A stretch of DNA of 64,000 nucleotides from Azolla caroliniana (Eukaryota; Plantae; Polypodiophyta): the NCBI GenBank assembly GCA_043228905.1, contig JBHGNT010000016.1:9548001-9612000 (forward strand), given 5' to 3'. Of this stretch, positions 22,654 through 35,200 are shown piece by piece. The notes beneath the pieces were generated by a model. The model saw nothing but the letters and a program-made list of their open reading frames with translations. It did not search any database and was not told the origin of the DNA. Both the position numbers and the translations under genes were made by a program. The first letter of the stretch is position 1; each line of letters opens with the position of its first letter.

Positions 22654-25600
22654 TGTTGAGAAATCGATGCAGAATAGATCACAATAAATGAACTACGCGC
22701 TGAAATACGAATCACACGAATACACCAGAAAGACAAGATAAACAGATGTACACAGAGATTTACATGGAAACCCTAAAGCTGGGAAAAACCACAGGTGAAC
22801 AAATTTCTTCACTATTCAAAGTGGATATACAACAAAGAGATGATTATGACACTCTGTCGAGTGTATCAGCCGCACAGGGCTCTTCGCGTCTACTGTTACA
22901 CACACAACTATGGCGCGGCTCTCCCTTCTCACTCTCTATCGTTCTATAGTTCTGCACATACATTGTTCTGCCCTAGTTACACAACTTTCTGGCTATTTAC
23001 ATACGTAGCCCTCATGGGGCGCACACTTAGACTATTTACAAGTATAGTCACCCGAGTTGGCTATTTACACGATTCCAGTTTCGGCCTCGGCCGAGTCACG
23101 CATCAACTCGGCTCCTCTCTCTTTCCCATCTGGAGGGACTTGTTTCCACACATCATCATCATTATTATTACTATAATAATAATAGTCGAATCTTCAAATA
23201 GTCGACTCACTATTTTCAACTCTTCGACTGTCTGCTTTCCGAATAGTCAGATCTTCCCTGTCATCGACTGTTGGCTTTCCGATCAGTCGGTTCTTCCTCC
23301 CACTGGAGGGACATATTCCCAACAAACTTCCCCTTCACTCCCGTCGGAGGAAATCTGTTAGTCCTATATTTTGTCGATAGACTCTGAGTCTGTCCATGGG
23401 TAGGTTCTTCATCAGCATGTCAGATCCATTGTTGTCGGTATGGATCTTCACAAGGGAAAACTCTCCTTCTTCAACTCTCTCCCGCAACCAGTGATACCTT
23501 CTCTGTATGTGTTTGGTCTGGGAGTGGTATGCCGCGTTCTTGGCTAGGTGTATGGTGCTTTGACTGTCACAGTGAAGCAAGAAATCCTTTTGCTTCATGC
23601 CTAGTTCGGTGAGAAATTTCTCATCCAGATCATCTCTTTTCCGGCCTCTACCACTACCATATACTCTCCCTCTGTAGTCGACAAGGCTACAGACTTTTGT
23701 AGTCATGACTGCCATGGCACATGCTCCCCCTGCATAGGTCCTCACGTACCCTGACGTGGATCGGCTTGAGTCGGTATTCTAGACATGTCCGAATCGGTAA
23801 AACCTTCCAACACAGGTTTTTTGACACCATACCTTAGGCACACCTCCTAGGTGCCTTTCAGGTACTTGAGTATCCACTTCACTGCTGCCCAGTGTTCTCT
23901 CCCTGGATTACTCATATATCGGCTTACTGCTCCCACAACAAATGCACACAGTGATCGAGTATCTTCCTTGCATCTTGGCCGAGTATCAACATATCATCAA
24001 CATATAGCAAGAGAATCAAGAAATCTCCTTCCTCGTACCTTTTGACGAACACACAATGATCGGCCTGTGTTTTTTGGAACTGATGTTCCATCATGAAAGA
24101 CTTGAACTTCTTGTACCATTGGCGTGGAGCTTGTTTCAGTCCGTACAAGCTTTTCCTCAGTCGACACACCAGATTGTCTTTCCCTTTCTCCTCAAAGCCT
24201 TCGGGTTGCTGCATGTAGATCTCTTCGTCTAACTCCTCGTGCAGAAATGCGGTTTTGACATCCAACTGTTCGATCTCCAGGTCCAAACTGGCTGCTATGC
24301 TCAGAACATTTCGAATGGATGTCATCTTCACGACTAGTGCGAATATTTCATCAAAGTCGACACCCTTCTTCTGTTGGAAACCCTTCACCACTATGCGGGC
24401 TTTAGACCTGGGCTTGCTGTCGACTTCTCCAGTCTTCACCTTGTAGACCCACTTATTCCGGAGTGCTCTCTTACCTTTCGGTAGCTCTACTAGGTCGCAG
24501 GTGTAATTCGCGTGCAAGGATTCCATCTCCTCTTGCATCTCGTTCAACCATTTTTCTTTGCTTTCGTCGGCAATGGCTTCTTCATAGCACTCCGGTTCAC
24601 CGTCATCAGTCAAGAGGACATATTGACTGGCATATGTAATCGGTGTCTTCCTTAAGCTGAGTGGGTATCTTCGTCCACTCGTTGTTGGCTCCAGTTCGGA
24701 TGTCTCTGCCAACTCTTCTCTTTGCTTGGGATTCTACTCATCAATCGGCATCTCCTAGTTGGATAGCTCCAACTCATATTCCTCAATTGATTTTAGCAGG
24801 TCTGCCGATTCTGATTCATAGTCTATCGGTCTTTCTGAGTCGACTGACTCGGATTCGGCTCTGTCGGCCAGCTGTCTCCTTACAGCTGTCGATGACGACT
24901 CACTTGGCCTTAAGTCGATTGTAGTCGAGGTTGACTGGGGAGTCGGTTCCGACTTCTGTTGCTTCCAATCTTCAATTGTCTTATCTTCAAGAAAGACTAC
25001 ATCCCCACTTCTCACTACCTTCTTATCGACTAAGTCCCACAACCTGTAGCCGAACTCATCTTCCGAGTATCCCATGAATATGCATGCTTTCGACTTGCTG
25101 TTGAGCTTTGACCTCTGATCCTTTGGTACATGCATATACGCCAAACATCCGAACACCCTCAGGTGTTGGTAGGAAACATCCTTCCCTGTCCACACCCTCT
25201 GTGGGACATCACCCTTTAATGACACTGAGGGAGACCTGTTGATCAGATAAACAGTTGTGTACATTGCCTCAACCCAATAGGATTTCGGCAGTTTTGCATG
25301 GGAGAGCATGCTCCTTACTCTCTCCATGATTGTTCGATTCATCCTCTCTACAAGCCCGTTTAATTCTGGGGTCTTTGGCATTGTGTATTCGATTCGAATA
25401 CCTTGGCACTTGCAGTATTCCTCGAACTGCCCTCTGTACTCGCCACCATTGTCGGTTTGGACAACCTTCAGTTTTCGACCCGACTCTCTTTCAGTTCTTG
25501 GCTGGAACTCCTTGAAAACCGACAGTACTTGATCCTTCGACTTCAGTACGATGCAATAGTTCCAGTGCAGCTTCTCTTCTCCTCGGTGGTCTCGAGTGGA

Positions 25601-27720
25601 ATGCTGCCCTGTTTTGCTTTTCGGCTAAGCAGTTGACACACTTCTCCAGGTGCACTCCCTTGACTTCTTGTAGAAGTTTTTAGTCTGTTAACAGGTGCAT
25701 TCCCTTCTCACTCATGTGGCCTAGCCTCTTATGCCATATCTCCCCTACCGAGTCGGCTGCCATGTTTACTTCCGATTTGCACAGTCGGGCATGCATCATG
25801 TACAATGTGCCTTCTTTCTGTGCTTGGGCCACTATAAGATTTCCTCGGTAGAACTTCCACTTGCCATTCCGAAAGCTACCACTGTAGCCTTCATCATCAA
25901 GCCTTCCAGTTGATATCAGATTCAACCTGATATCGGGGACGTGTTGAACATCCTTCAACGTTAGTCAACACCCTTTCGACGTCGTTAAGCACACACTTCC
26001 GACTTTGGTTATCTTGCACTCTCCACTATCACCCATCTTTACATAGCCATGATCCCCGACTATGTAAGTCGAGAAATACTCTCTCGACGGAGTAATATGG
26101 AAGGATGCATCGGAATCAATCACCCAAGTGCACTCTTCTCTTGCGAGATTTGCACTTGTCCATTCACAAATGAACAGAAGTTCCTCATTGCTCGTAACAA
26201 TGGCCGAGGTGTTCTTGTCATCTGGAATCTTTCGGGGTTTGACATTGTTTCCGATACTCTTGTCTTTTCTCATGTGTCGGCAGTCCTTCTGGAAGTGTCC
26301 AGGTTTTCCACAATAAAAGCACACAGGCTTACCTCTGGACTTCGATCTGGTGTGGGATTTGTCCATTCGCTGCGGACTTCTTCTTCGCCGGTCTCTTCCT
26401 CTGTCCATGTGTTGAGTCAGATTCAACTCCGTTTGGGACAGGATTCCTTTGTCTTTCCTCCTTGCCTCCTCGTTTAGGATGCTTGTCTTCACCGTCTGTA
26501 AAGACAAGTTCTCTTCTTGATAGGAGGTGCTGAGAGTAACCACCAGGTTCTCCCAGCTTTCCGGCAGTGTGCACATCAGCAGGATGGCCTGCATTGCGTC
26601 ATCCAGGTGAAATTTGGTCGCCGCAAGTTGATTTACATACCCCATAAATGTGATGATGTGTTCGAAGATGCTCTCACCGTCTCTGTATTTCAGCCGTACG
26701 ATTTTTCTCATTAGCGAGGTTCTATTTAGTGCATTCTTCCTGTCATATAGACTCGACAACTTCGGCCACATCTCATAAGCATTTGTGTCATTCGCCACAT
26801 GTTGAAGGACACTTACATCGACGCATTGTCGGATAGTGTCCATGGCCTTTCTGTTTAGGAGTTTCCAGTCCGACTCCAATACCCTCTGGGTATTTCTGCT
26901 CTGTCGACTGGCTCGTATAGGTCTTTTACTATGAGAAGGTCTTCCATCTTTATCTTCCAGTCTGCATAGTTCTGAGAGTTTAGAACTATCATACTGGGAA
27001 TATGCTCACACCTCCTTCCATGCTTGCACCTCAAGCTCTGATACCAGTTTGTTGAGAAATCGATGCGGAAAAGATCACAATAAACGAACTACATGCTGAA
27101 ATACGAATCACACGAATACACCAGAAAGACAAGATAAACAGATGTACACAGAGATTTACGTGGAAACCCTAAAGCGGGGAAAAACCACGGCTGAACAGAT
27201 TTCTTCACTATACAAAGTGGATATACAATAGAGAGATGATTACAACATTCTATCGAGTGTATCAACCGCACAGGGCTCTTCGCGTCTGCTGTTACACACA
27301 CAACTATGGCGCGGCTCTCCCTTCTCACTCCCTATCGTTCTATAGTTCTGCACATACATTGTTCTGCCCTAGTTACATAACTTTCTGGCTATTTACATAC
27401 GTAGCCCTCATGGGGCGCACACTTAGACTATTTACAAGTATAGTCACCCGAGTTAGCTATTTACACGATTCCGGTTTCGGCCTCGGTCGAGTCACTCATC
27501 AACTCGGCTCCTCTCTCTTTCCCATTTGGAGGGACTTGTTTCCACACATCATCATCATTATTATTACTATAATAATAATAGTCGAATCTTCAAATAGTCG
27601 ACTCACTATTTTCGACTCTTCGACTATTGGCTTTCCGAACAGTCAAATCTTCCTTGTCATCGACTGTCGGCTTTCCGATCAGTCGGTTCTTCCTCCCACT
27701 GGAGGGACATATTCCCAACA
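22654..27720 (-). mobile_element. Ty1/copia element (copia D), internally deleted and degenerate
   Basis: 671-bp LTRs at 22654-23324 and 27050-27720 (about 5% diverged by eye). TSD CTATT, iMet PBS at 27035-27046, PPT at 23325-23342. gag, PR, IN, RT and RH fragments at 23335-26879 (CFYCGKPGH, QLDVKTAFL, LYVDDML). Confidence 0.93.
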
Positions 27721-27725
27721 CTATT

Positions 27726-28935
27726 GGCCTAAGATGCTCCCTGACATACATAACTATGTGACTAAATGTCACCAATGTCAGGTTAACAAAACTGAGCGAC
27801 TTAAAGCCGCAAGACTTTTACATCCCTTGGACATTCCCAATAATAAGTGGGAAAGTATGTCCATGGATTTTATTGTTAGCTTTCCTCGCTCCCAAAAAGG
27901 CCATAATGTTGTCAGGGTTGGGGTTGATAGAGTAACTAAAATGGCCAGATTTATTGCTACTAAAACCACGGTAACAACTCTTGAATTGGCTTACCAACTC
28001 GTTGACGAGTTATTTCATTTTTATGGGTTACCGATGGATATCGTGAGTGATCGAGATCCAAAGTTTACTAGTGACTTCTGGACACAAGTCTTTAAGAAGT
28101 TAGAAACTACATTGAGCATGAGCTCCACGGATCATCCTCAATCCAATGGACAAACAGAATGAGTAAATCAAATTATTGAGGACATGCTTCAAGTATACGT
28201 TGGTGCAAAACCAACAAAATGGGAACGGTATCTCCCAATTTTGGAGATTGCTTATAACAGCTCCAAGCATACGTCGACAGGATATAGTCCTTTTATGTTG
28301 ATGTATGGTTTTCAGGAACGAGCCCGGATTGATGTTAATATACATCATGATGAGTTGCAAAGTATGCAAAACTTTCTTCGGGATATGCAAGATATGTTGC
28401 ATATTGCACGAGATAATATAAAAACAGCTCAAGATAGAGCGCGTTTTTACGCTGATCATAATAGGCAACCTCGTGTATTCAACCCTGGACAAAAGGTATT
28501 TTTACGTGTACCTCACAATTCTAAGACATTGTGTACGGGTAACTACGCTAAGTTAGCCCCATGGTTTTGTGGACCTTTTATAGTCCTCAAATGCATTGGT
28601 TCATCAGCCTATCGTCTCGCTCTTCCCGATGGCGTTGAAATTCATCCAGTTTTTCATGTAAGTCGTCTAAAAGAACTTCTAGGTTCTGGTGACAATACAG
28701 TTACAACTGAAACTCTAGTTACTTCTGAAGAATTATCTTCTAAACCACATGCACTAGAAAGAATTCTCGATGTTAAAACAAAAAATATGCGTACTAAAAT
28801 AATCCAAGAATTTAAAATTAAATGGATGGATAAATCTATCAAAGATGCCACATGGGAACGCGAAAATACTCTTAGAACTAACTTCCCTAACTTTCCATTG
28901 CAAGAGTGCAATGTATTAAAGAGGGGGAGGGAGTA
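27726..28935 (+). pseudogene. gypsy A integrase with C-terminal chromodomain
   Basis: C..CQ, WESMSMDFI, IVSDRDPKF, HPQSNGQTE, GPF, HPVFHVS, then ERILD...FKIKW......ATWE. Confidence 0.88.
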
Positions 28936-29189
28936 TGTTATGGGCATGACCATATAATATCCTGTGATGAGAATTTACCGTAGTATTCTATACACGTGGA
29001 TAAGTGTGAGGATTAAACGAGAGTGTAAAGAAGGGGAGGATTACTTTTAATCCTCAGGATTTAGACAACCCATTAGGCCAAGTGTGAACTTGCATGGGGG
29101 CCTTGGGTATCGCTATATATATGAGTTCTAGTTACTCTCATTCCATCACATCTTGACTACGATACTCAGTTTTGTGGTGGGTCAACTCT
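28936..29189 (+). repeat. 3' LTR of gypsy A (right end uncertain)
   Basis: Starts TGTTATGGGCATG directly after the purine tract AAGAGGGGGAGGGAG; TATA-like element near 29113. The same sequence forms the foldback at 51803. Confidence 0.65.
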
Positions 29190-32100
29190 TGTAGCGTGCG
29201 TGCCAGCACCAGGTCGACTCGACACCACGACGGTGGTATGGGACGCCGATCGAGGCTCGAGTCTGTCTCGATCCCTTCGCTCAGGGGTGGTCGGGTGGAT
29301 CGACAACCTTCTTTCTCTCACTCCTTTCTATCTATCTATCTTTTATTCTTATCATATGCTTACTTTAGATCAGAACTCTAACACGAGCAATAACGAATGG
29401 ATGTCTAGCCATCGACGTATCAGAGAACCTACTCGACAAGGTCGACCACTGACTAGATCCATCACCCGACAATCAGAAGAATATGCTACGCGAAAACTCT
29501 GCCTCAACGATCGCGCCCCCTGTCTTCAAGAGTACACGGTAGACTCTACGCTCACAGAACAGAGCGACATTGGACAGGAAGTCCTATCGCACCTAGACCA
29601 ATATAGTGCGACTAAGCTTCACAACATCCCTCACCGCGGAATCATCAACTTTCCCTTCCCTAGCTTCATTGTCGCAACCAGAATGGCCTTTTCATACCCT
29701 CGTTTCAGCAGAGAAACCAACTCCGAGAGCCACCTACGGCCGTTCCGCAACTTGTGGAACGCGAACCACATGGCACAGAGGCTGCCAGAGGCGGAAACCC
29801 GCGAATCAAAGGTCACTGAGTTCAGGTTAACCTTGTATGGTCGGGCTGCGAGCTGGCACTCCCAGCTCGATCTAATAGCATTCGCAACATTCAACCAACT
29901 GCAATCGTCGTTCTTGTGGTTCTTCCATCGGAGTGTGTCGCAACGTGAAGTTATTGGTCAGTTTCAAGAAACTTCCAAAGGAATCCGTAGCGGATTTCAG
30001 TATACAATCAAGAAACTTCCAAAGGAATCCGTAGCGGATTTCAGTCTATAGTTCCATAGTCTACGACATCAACTCACACGGGCCCCAACAGAGGAAGAGG
30101 CCAAGGATACATTTTTGGCAGCTTTACGAAGACCCCTCAGGACTACGCTGACCACGCAAAGTGTAAAGGGCGAGACGAAGGATATGGTTATCGAGCAAGC
30201 GTTACAACTCGAATTAGAGGACGAGGATGAAGGATTGTCCATGACATCGCTTCGGCAGGCGTTGCCCCAGGACGAGGAATATCGATTCCGCTAGGCAATT
30301 CAATACACAATCTGCTTAAACTTAGGGGACTCTGTGGTAGATTGTAAGATGTGGATACATTTCCCTATTTGCCATTCACGGGTACATACGGTGAAACAGT
30401 GCAAATATAACATGTTGAACAGACGCACCTCGACAGTTCGCCGTATGGAACCGCAACGACAGTACCGCCGTAACGAGCAAGGCTGACAGGACGAGCTTTA
30501 CTGAAATACGGAATGACACTAGAAGGTGGAAAGACAGTATCGTAACCACCGTAACAACAACCCGTATTCCGACGAAGAAGAGCAGGATGAGGAAGAGTAC
30601 CGGAATAACGACCATTACAATCGAGGGGGGGGGGGTTGTTATGACAATCGATGCCATATCAACAATTGCGGATGACCAACCAATCCCCGATTGAACGACA
30701 GTAATTTCCAGACACAAGACAAACACCATTACGAGGAGAGTTCAGAGGACGAACGACGCCAAGAGCTTTGCTGGGAGTATCGGTAGAAACCTCGTAACCA
30801 CAGAAGATTTTAGTAGCCACGACAAGAGCAACCTGCACCCCTGGACACCACCACATTGGAAGTAGTAGAGAAAGGCGAATCCAACGTACATTGCTTTGTG
30901 TGGCAACAGCAAGGCCAGTACGCAAAGCAAGGTCCATAGCGCAATAAAGGCAAGGACCCAACTGTGAATACCATCACAACGGATATCCAACAAGTCACTA
31001 CACGCAATCAGGCGAAAAACACAAAATGGACAGAACAAGATGACATATGCAAGGCGGCCTAGGCCTGGGTGGAGAAAGTGAACGAAGCTAACACGGAGCG
31101 AATGAAGTAAGAATCGGCGAGCCCCACGATGCAGATTGAAGATAAGGAACTATCGCCAAACCCGCTATGGCAAGCTCTGGCGGACTGCGAAGTCATGTTG
31201 ACCATGGATAAGCTCCTACGACCAGTCCCACGATTCTAACATGTGGTAATGAATTGTATACAAGGCACCGCCGGACTAGAGGTCTCGGCCAATTTCACGG
31301 AATCCAATACTGGCCCAGCAATGGTAGATCACCATAACCCCAACAAGTACGCTCCAACAAGTACGCTCGAAGAAGAGGAGTACGAACCCGATCCCAAGTC
31401 TATGTTGGAGCTAAGCAGAGCGCGAGAAGCATTCGAGAAAGAAATGGAAATCTCGTGAAGGGTTACCGTGTCGGCATTGGAGGAGATTAATGTCGAAACC
31501 GCGGAGGTTCCATGACTAGTGTCAATCGCTAAGGACCTGAGCTGCTCCGAGAGTGTAAGGATGGTTTTGCATGGTCTCATGAGGACATGAAAGGCCTGGA
31601 CCCAAAATTCTATCAACACAAGATTAAATTGGCCATGGATCCGAAACCGGTGCAGCAGCGACGCAATTGCATGAACCCAAATTACGCGGCCCGCGTAAAG
31701 GAAGAAATTGACAAGCTCTTGAAAGCAGGGTTCATCTGACCAGTCAAAAAAGTCACATGGTTGAGTCTAATAGTTGTGGTACCAAAGAAAAATGGGAAAA
31801 TACGTGTGTGTGTTGATTATTGAAAACTGAGCGTTGTTACAATTATGGACGCGTTTCCCTTACCGTTTACATATAGCGTGCTAGACGCAGTCGCGGGCCA
31901 TGACATGTATAGTTTCTTGGATGGCTTTAGCGGATACAATCAAGTACGCATGCACCCGGATGATCAAAAGAAGATTGCGTTCATCACGGACTGGGGAGTG
32001 TTCGTCATTGTAGTAATGATGTTCGGGCTAATGACGGCCCCCGCCACCTTCCAATGAACGATTATGGAGATTTTCGATGAATACTGTAAAAACAAATAGC

Positions 32101-32284
32101 GCGCGGAAGCAATAAAAAATAGAAAATAGAGGATAGGTTTAATGGAGAGCTTAACAGTACACGGGAGAGACAGAGAGAGAGAGAGAGAACAAGAATCTCT
32201 ATTAAAAAATTATATCAACGCTCTGTACATCATATGTGTTCAACGAACACTTCTATACAGGTCCATACGGACTGACAGAAGTAC

Positions 32285-35200
32285 TGTTAGTGACATAGTC
32301 GTCAGTGCGGAAGATCAAGAAGCATTCTTTTCTGACTGAATACCTGCGTATGACAGTTTGTAGGTCGTTGCACAGAGAGAGAGAGAGAGAGAGACAGAGA
32401 CAGAGAGGCACATAAGACTTTCTATTCCACAAAGCAATAATACAACACCCAACCCCACGAAGAGGTTACTAGGTCACTATATATAGGGACCGACTTAGGG
32501 CAACTACCCTTTATGCTAATTACATAAATGGCCAAAACGGGATAGTGTGAATACGTCCATTATACACATGTATTCGACACTCCCCCGTAATGGGCGTATA
32601 CATGGGTTATCTAAGATTACAGGTATAGACTTAGGTTCTCGGACATATCAGCTTTGTTCGGGTCGGCTGGGTCCGAAGGCAGAAGACCGAACTGGTCGGG
32701 TCAGAACAGTTGAAGCCGATCATTAAGGAACTGATGTCGGTTGTCGGGAACCATCCTGCTCTGTGTCCGGCTCTAACCGGACTGGTTTGTCGTTACGCCC
32801 ATCTGATGCCGAAGAGACCGAAAACGGTCTGCCGAAAGACATTTGGTCATTCCATCTGCGACATTGTCGGTTGTGGATATTTTCTCTAGACCGATTTTCC
32901 CTGAAATGACGCAGTCCCGAACGAAGTGATATCGAACGTCGATATGTTTGGAGGCGTTGTGGTGAACCGGATTTTTCGACAAGGCAACAGCACCTTGACT
33001 GTCGCTGTAGACAACTGGAGCCGAGTCATGGTCGACTTGTCGAAACGTGTGCGCCAGCCGACCGAGCCACAAAGCTTCTTTTGCTGCGTCGGACGCAGCT
33101 ACATATTCTGCTTCGGTCGTTGAGGTCGCTGTGCACTCCTGAAGTTTCGACTTCCACGAGATTGCTCCATTGCCGAATTTGAAGTAGTATCCGGTTGTTG
33201 ATTTTCGACTGTCTATACAGCCGGCGAAGTCCGAGTCGGTGTAACCGACTACGCCTGAGGTTCGGTTCGGACCGAAAAGAATGCCATGGTCTTTTGTGCC
33301 AGCCAGATATCTGAACACATGCTTGACTGCGTTCCAATGCGATCGGCCAGGGTTGTGCATAAATCTGCTAACGACTCCTACGGCATGAGAAATATCAGGC
33401 CGTGTCGCGACCATCAGGTACATAAGGGAGCCGACTGCCGGTGCATACGGTACCGACTTCATATCTTCCCCCTCCGGGCCGGATGTCGGGCAGTCTCGCT
33501 GAGAGAGCCGAAGATTCATTGGGAGCGGGGTTGAAGCAGATTTGGCTGATTGCATGTTGAAGCGTTCTAAGACACGTCCGATATAGTCGGTCTGAGACAA
33601 AAAGAGATGTCGTTTATCGCGATGCCGACTAATCTTCATGCCGAGTATGTGTTGTGCCGGACCGAGGTCCTTCATTGCAAACTTCAACCGCAGTTGCCGA
33701 ACGAGATCGGCAAGTTCGCCCGCGTGGCGTCCAGAAATTAGCATGTCGTCCACGTAAATGATGAGGAAGATGGGTGATCCATCTTGAGCTGTGTTGGTGA
33801 AGAGACAATGGTCCTCATCGCTTTTTGAGAAGCCGATCGATTGGATGAAGTCGTCGAACTTCTTGTACCATTGTCGCGGTGCCTGTTTGAGGCCGTATAG
33901 ACTCTTCCTGAGTCGGCAGACTAGATGTTCTTGGCCAGTTGCCACGAAGCCTTTTGGCTGCTCCATATAAATTTCCTCCTCGAGATCACCATGGAGGAAG
34001 GCTGTTTTGACATCTAGCTGAATCAGCTCCAAGTTGTCGGCTGCCACGACGCCGAGCAGAAAGCGAAGGGTTGTCATTTTCACCACTGGTGAAAAAATCT
34101 CGTTGAAGTCGACGCCATATTCTTGTCGGAAGCCCTTCGCAACTAACCTGGCCTTGTACTTTGGGATGGTCGAATCAGACGTCTCTTTTAGTCGATAAAC
34201 CCACTTGCAAGGAAGAGCACGTCGGTTCCTAGGTAATTCGACCAGATCCCAAGTCTTGTTTGCCCGGATGGAGTGCATTTCCGACTCCATCGCCAGATGC
34301 CAGGTGGCTGAATCGACAGATGTCGATGCTTCTTCGTAAGACGTCGGTTCGCCGGCGTCGGTGAAGAAAATTCCAGGAGAATACCTCTCCGGAGGTTGCG
34401 ACAGTCTCTCGGATCGTCGAGGTATGATTGGACTGGTCGCATCGGGTATCGAGGTCGGATGGTCCGAAAGTGAATCATTCGGCTGTACCGAGTCGGAGTC
34501 GTCCAAGTCGGTAGTGTAAGGTGCAGCTACCCGTGAAGCTGACCGTGTGTTAAGAGCGGGGCCTTCTTGAAGGGTCGGCACATCGGAAAATGTTACCCTT
34601 CGGACTTCGATCGGTTTTTCGACTGATGGATTCATAGCCGACTCGTTGAACACAACGTCCGAACTTCGAACGATTTGTCTGCGTTCGGGGTCCCAGAGTC
34701 GGTATCCCATTTCGCCGTCGGATCCATATCCAAGGAAAATGCATTTCCTGGACCGAGGTGCAAGTTTTCGGCGATCATCTTTCGGAATAAGGGCGTACGC
34801 CTCGCATCCGAAGATCCTCAGCTTGTCGTAATTCGGCTTACTGCCGATCCATAGTTCCTGAGGAATTTGAAGTCCTAGAGGTCTACTTGGCGACATATTG
34901 ATTATGTGTACTGCCGTGAGTAGAGCCTCTGCCCAGAAGCCATCCGACAGTCCGGAGTGTTGGAGCATGGAAACTATCCGTTCTTGGATTGTCCGATTCA
35001 TTCGTTCTGCAATCCCGTTTTGCTCCGGACTGTGTGGTGCCGTAAATTCACGTCGGATGCCGCGTTGTCGGCAGAATTTGACGAATTCTTCAGATTTGAA
35101 CTCTCCCCCATTATCGGTCCGAAAGCATTTCAGTTTTCGGTCGGTTTGATTTTCTACCATAGCGAGCCAATCGGTGAAAATCGAGAAGACCCGATCTTTG

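Larger units (their letters stand above)
7866..29189 (+). mobile_element. Ty3/gypsy chromovirus remnant (gypsy A), 5'-truncated, interrupted by three nested insertions
   Basis: gag (8195-8810, resumes 14712), protease (FLFDSGSSHNF, split at 14833/20513), RT (FLDDIL), RNase H (ETDASDYAIG), integrase (SMDF, VSDRDPKF, split at 22653/27726), chromodomain, PPT and a TG-starting LTR at 28936. No 5' LTR found; outer limits approximate. Confidence 0.85.

Noticed and set aside
22795-23361. 188-aa hydrophobic ORF, also the start of 27236-28162
   Set aside because: Lies antisense within the copia D LTRs and the poly-Ile comes from an ATC/ATT/ATA microsatellite. Only the end of the 27236 ORF is real (gypsy A integrase).
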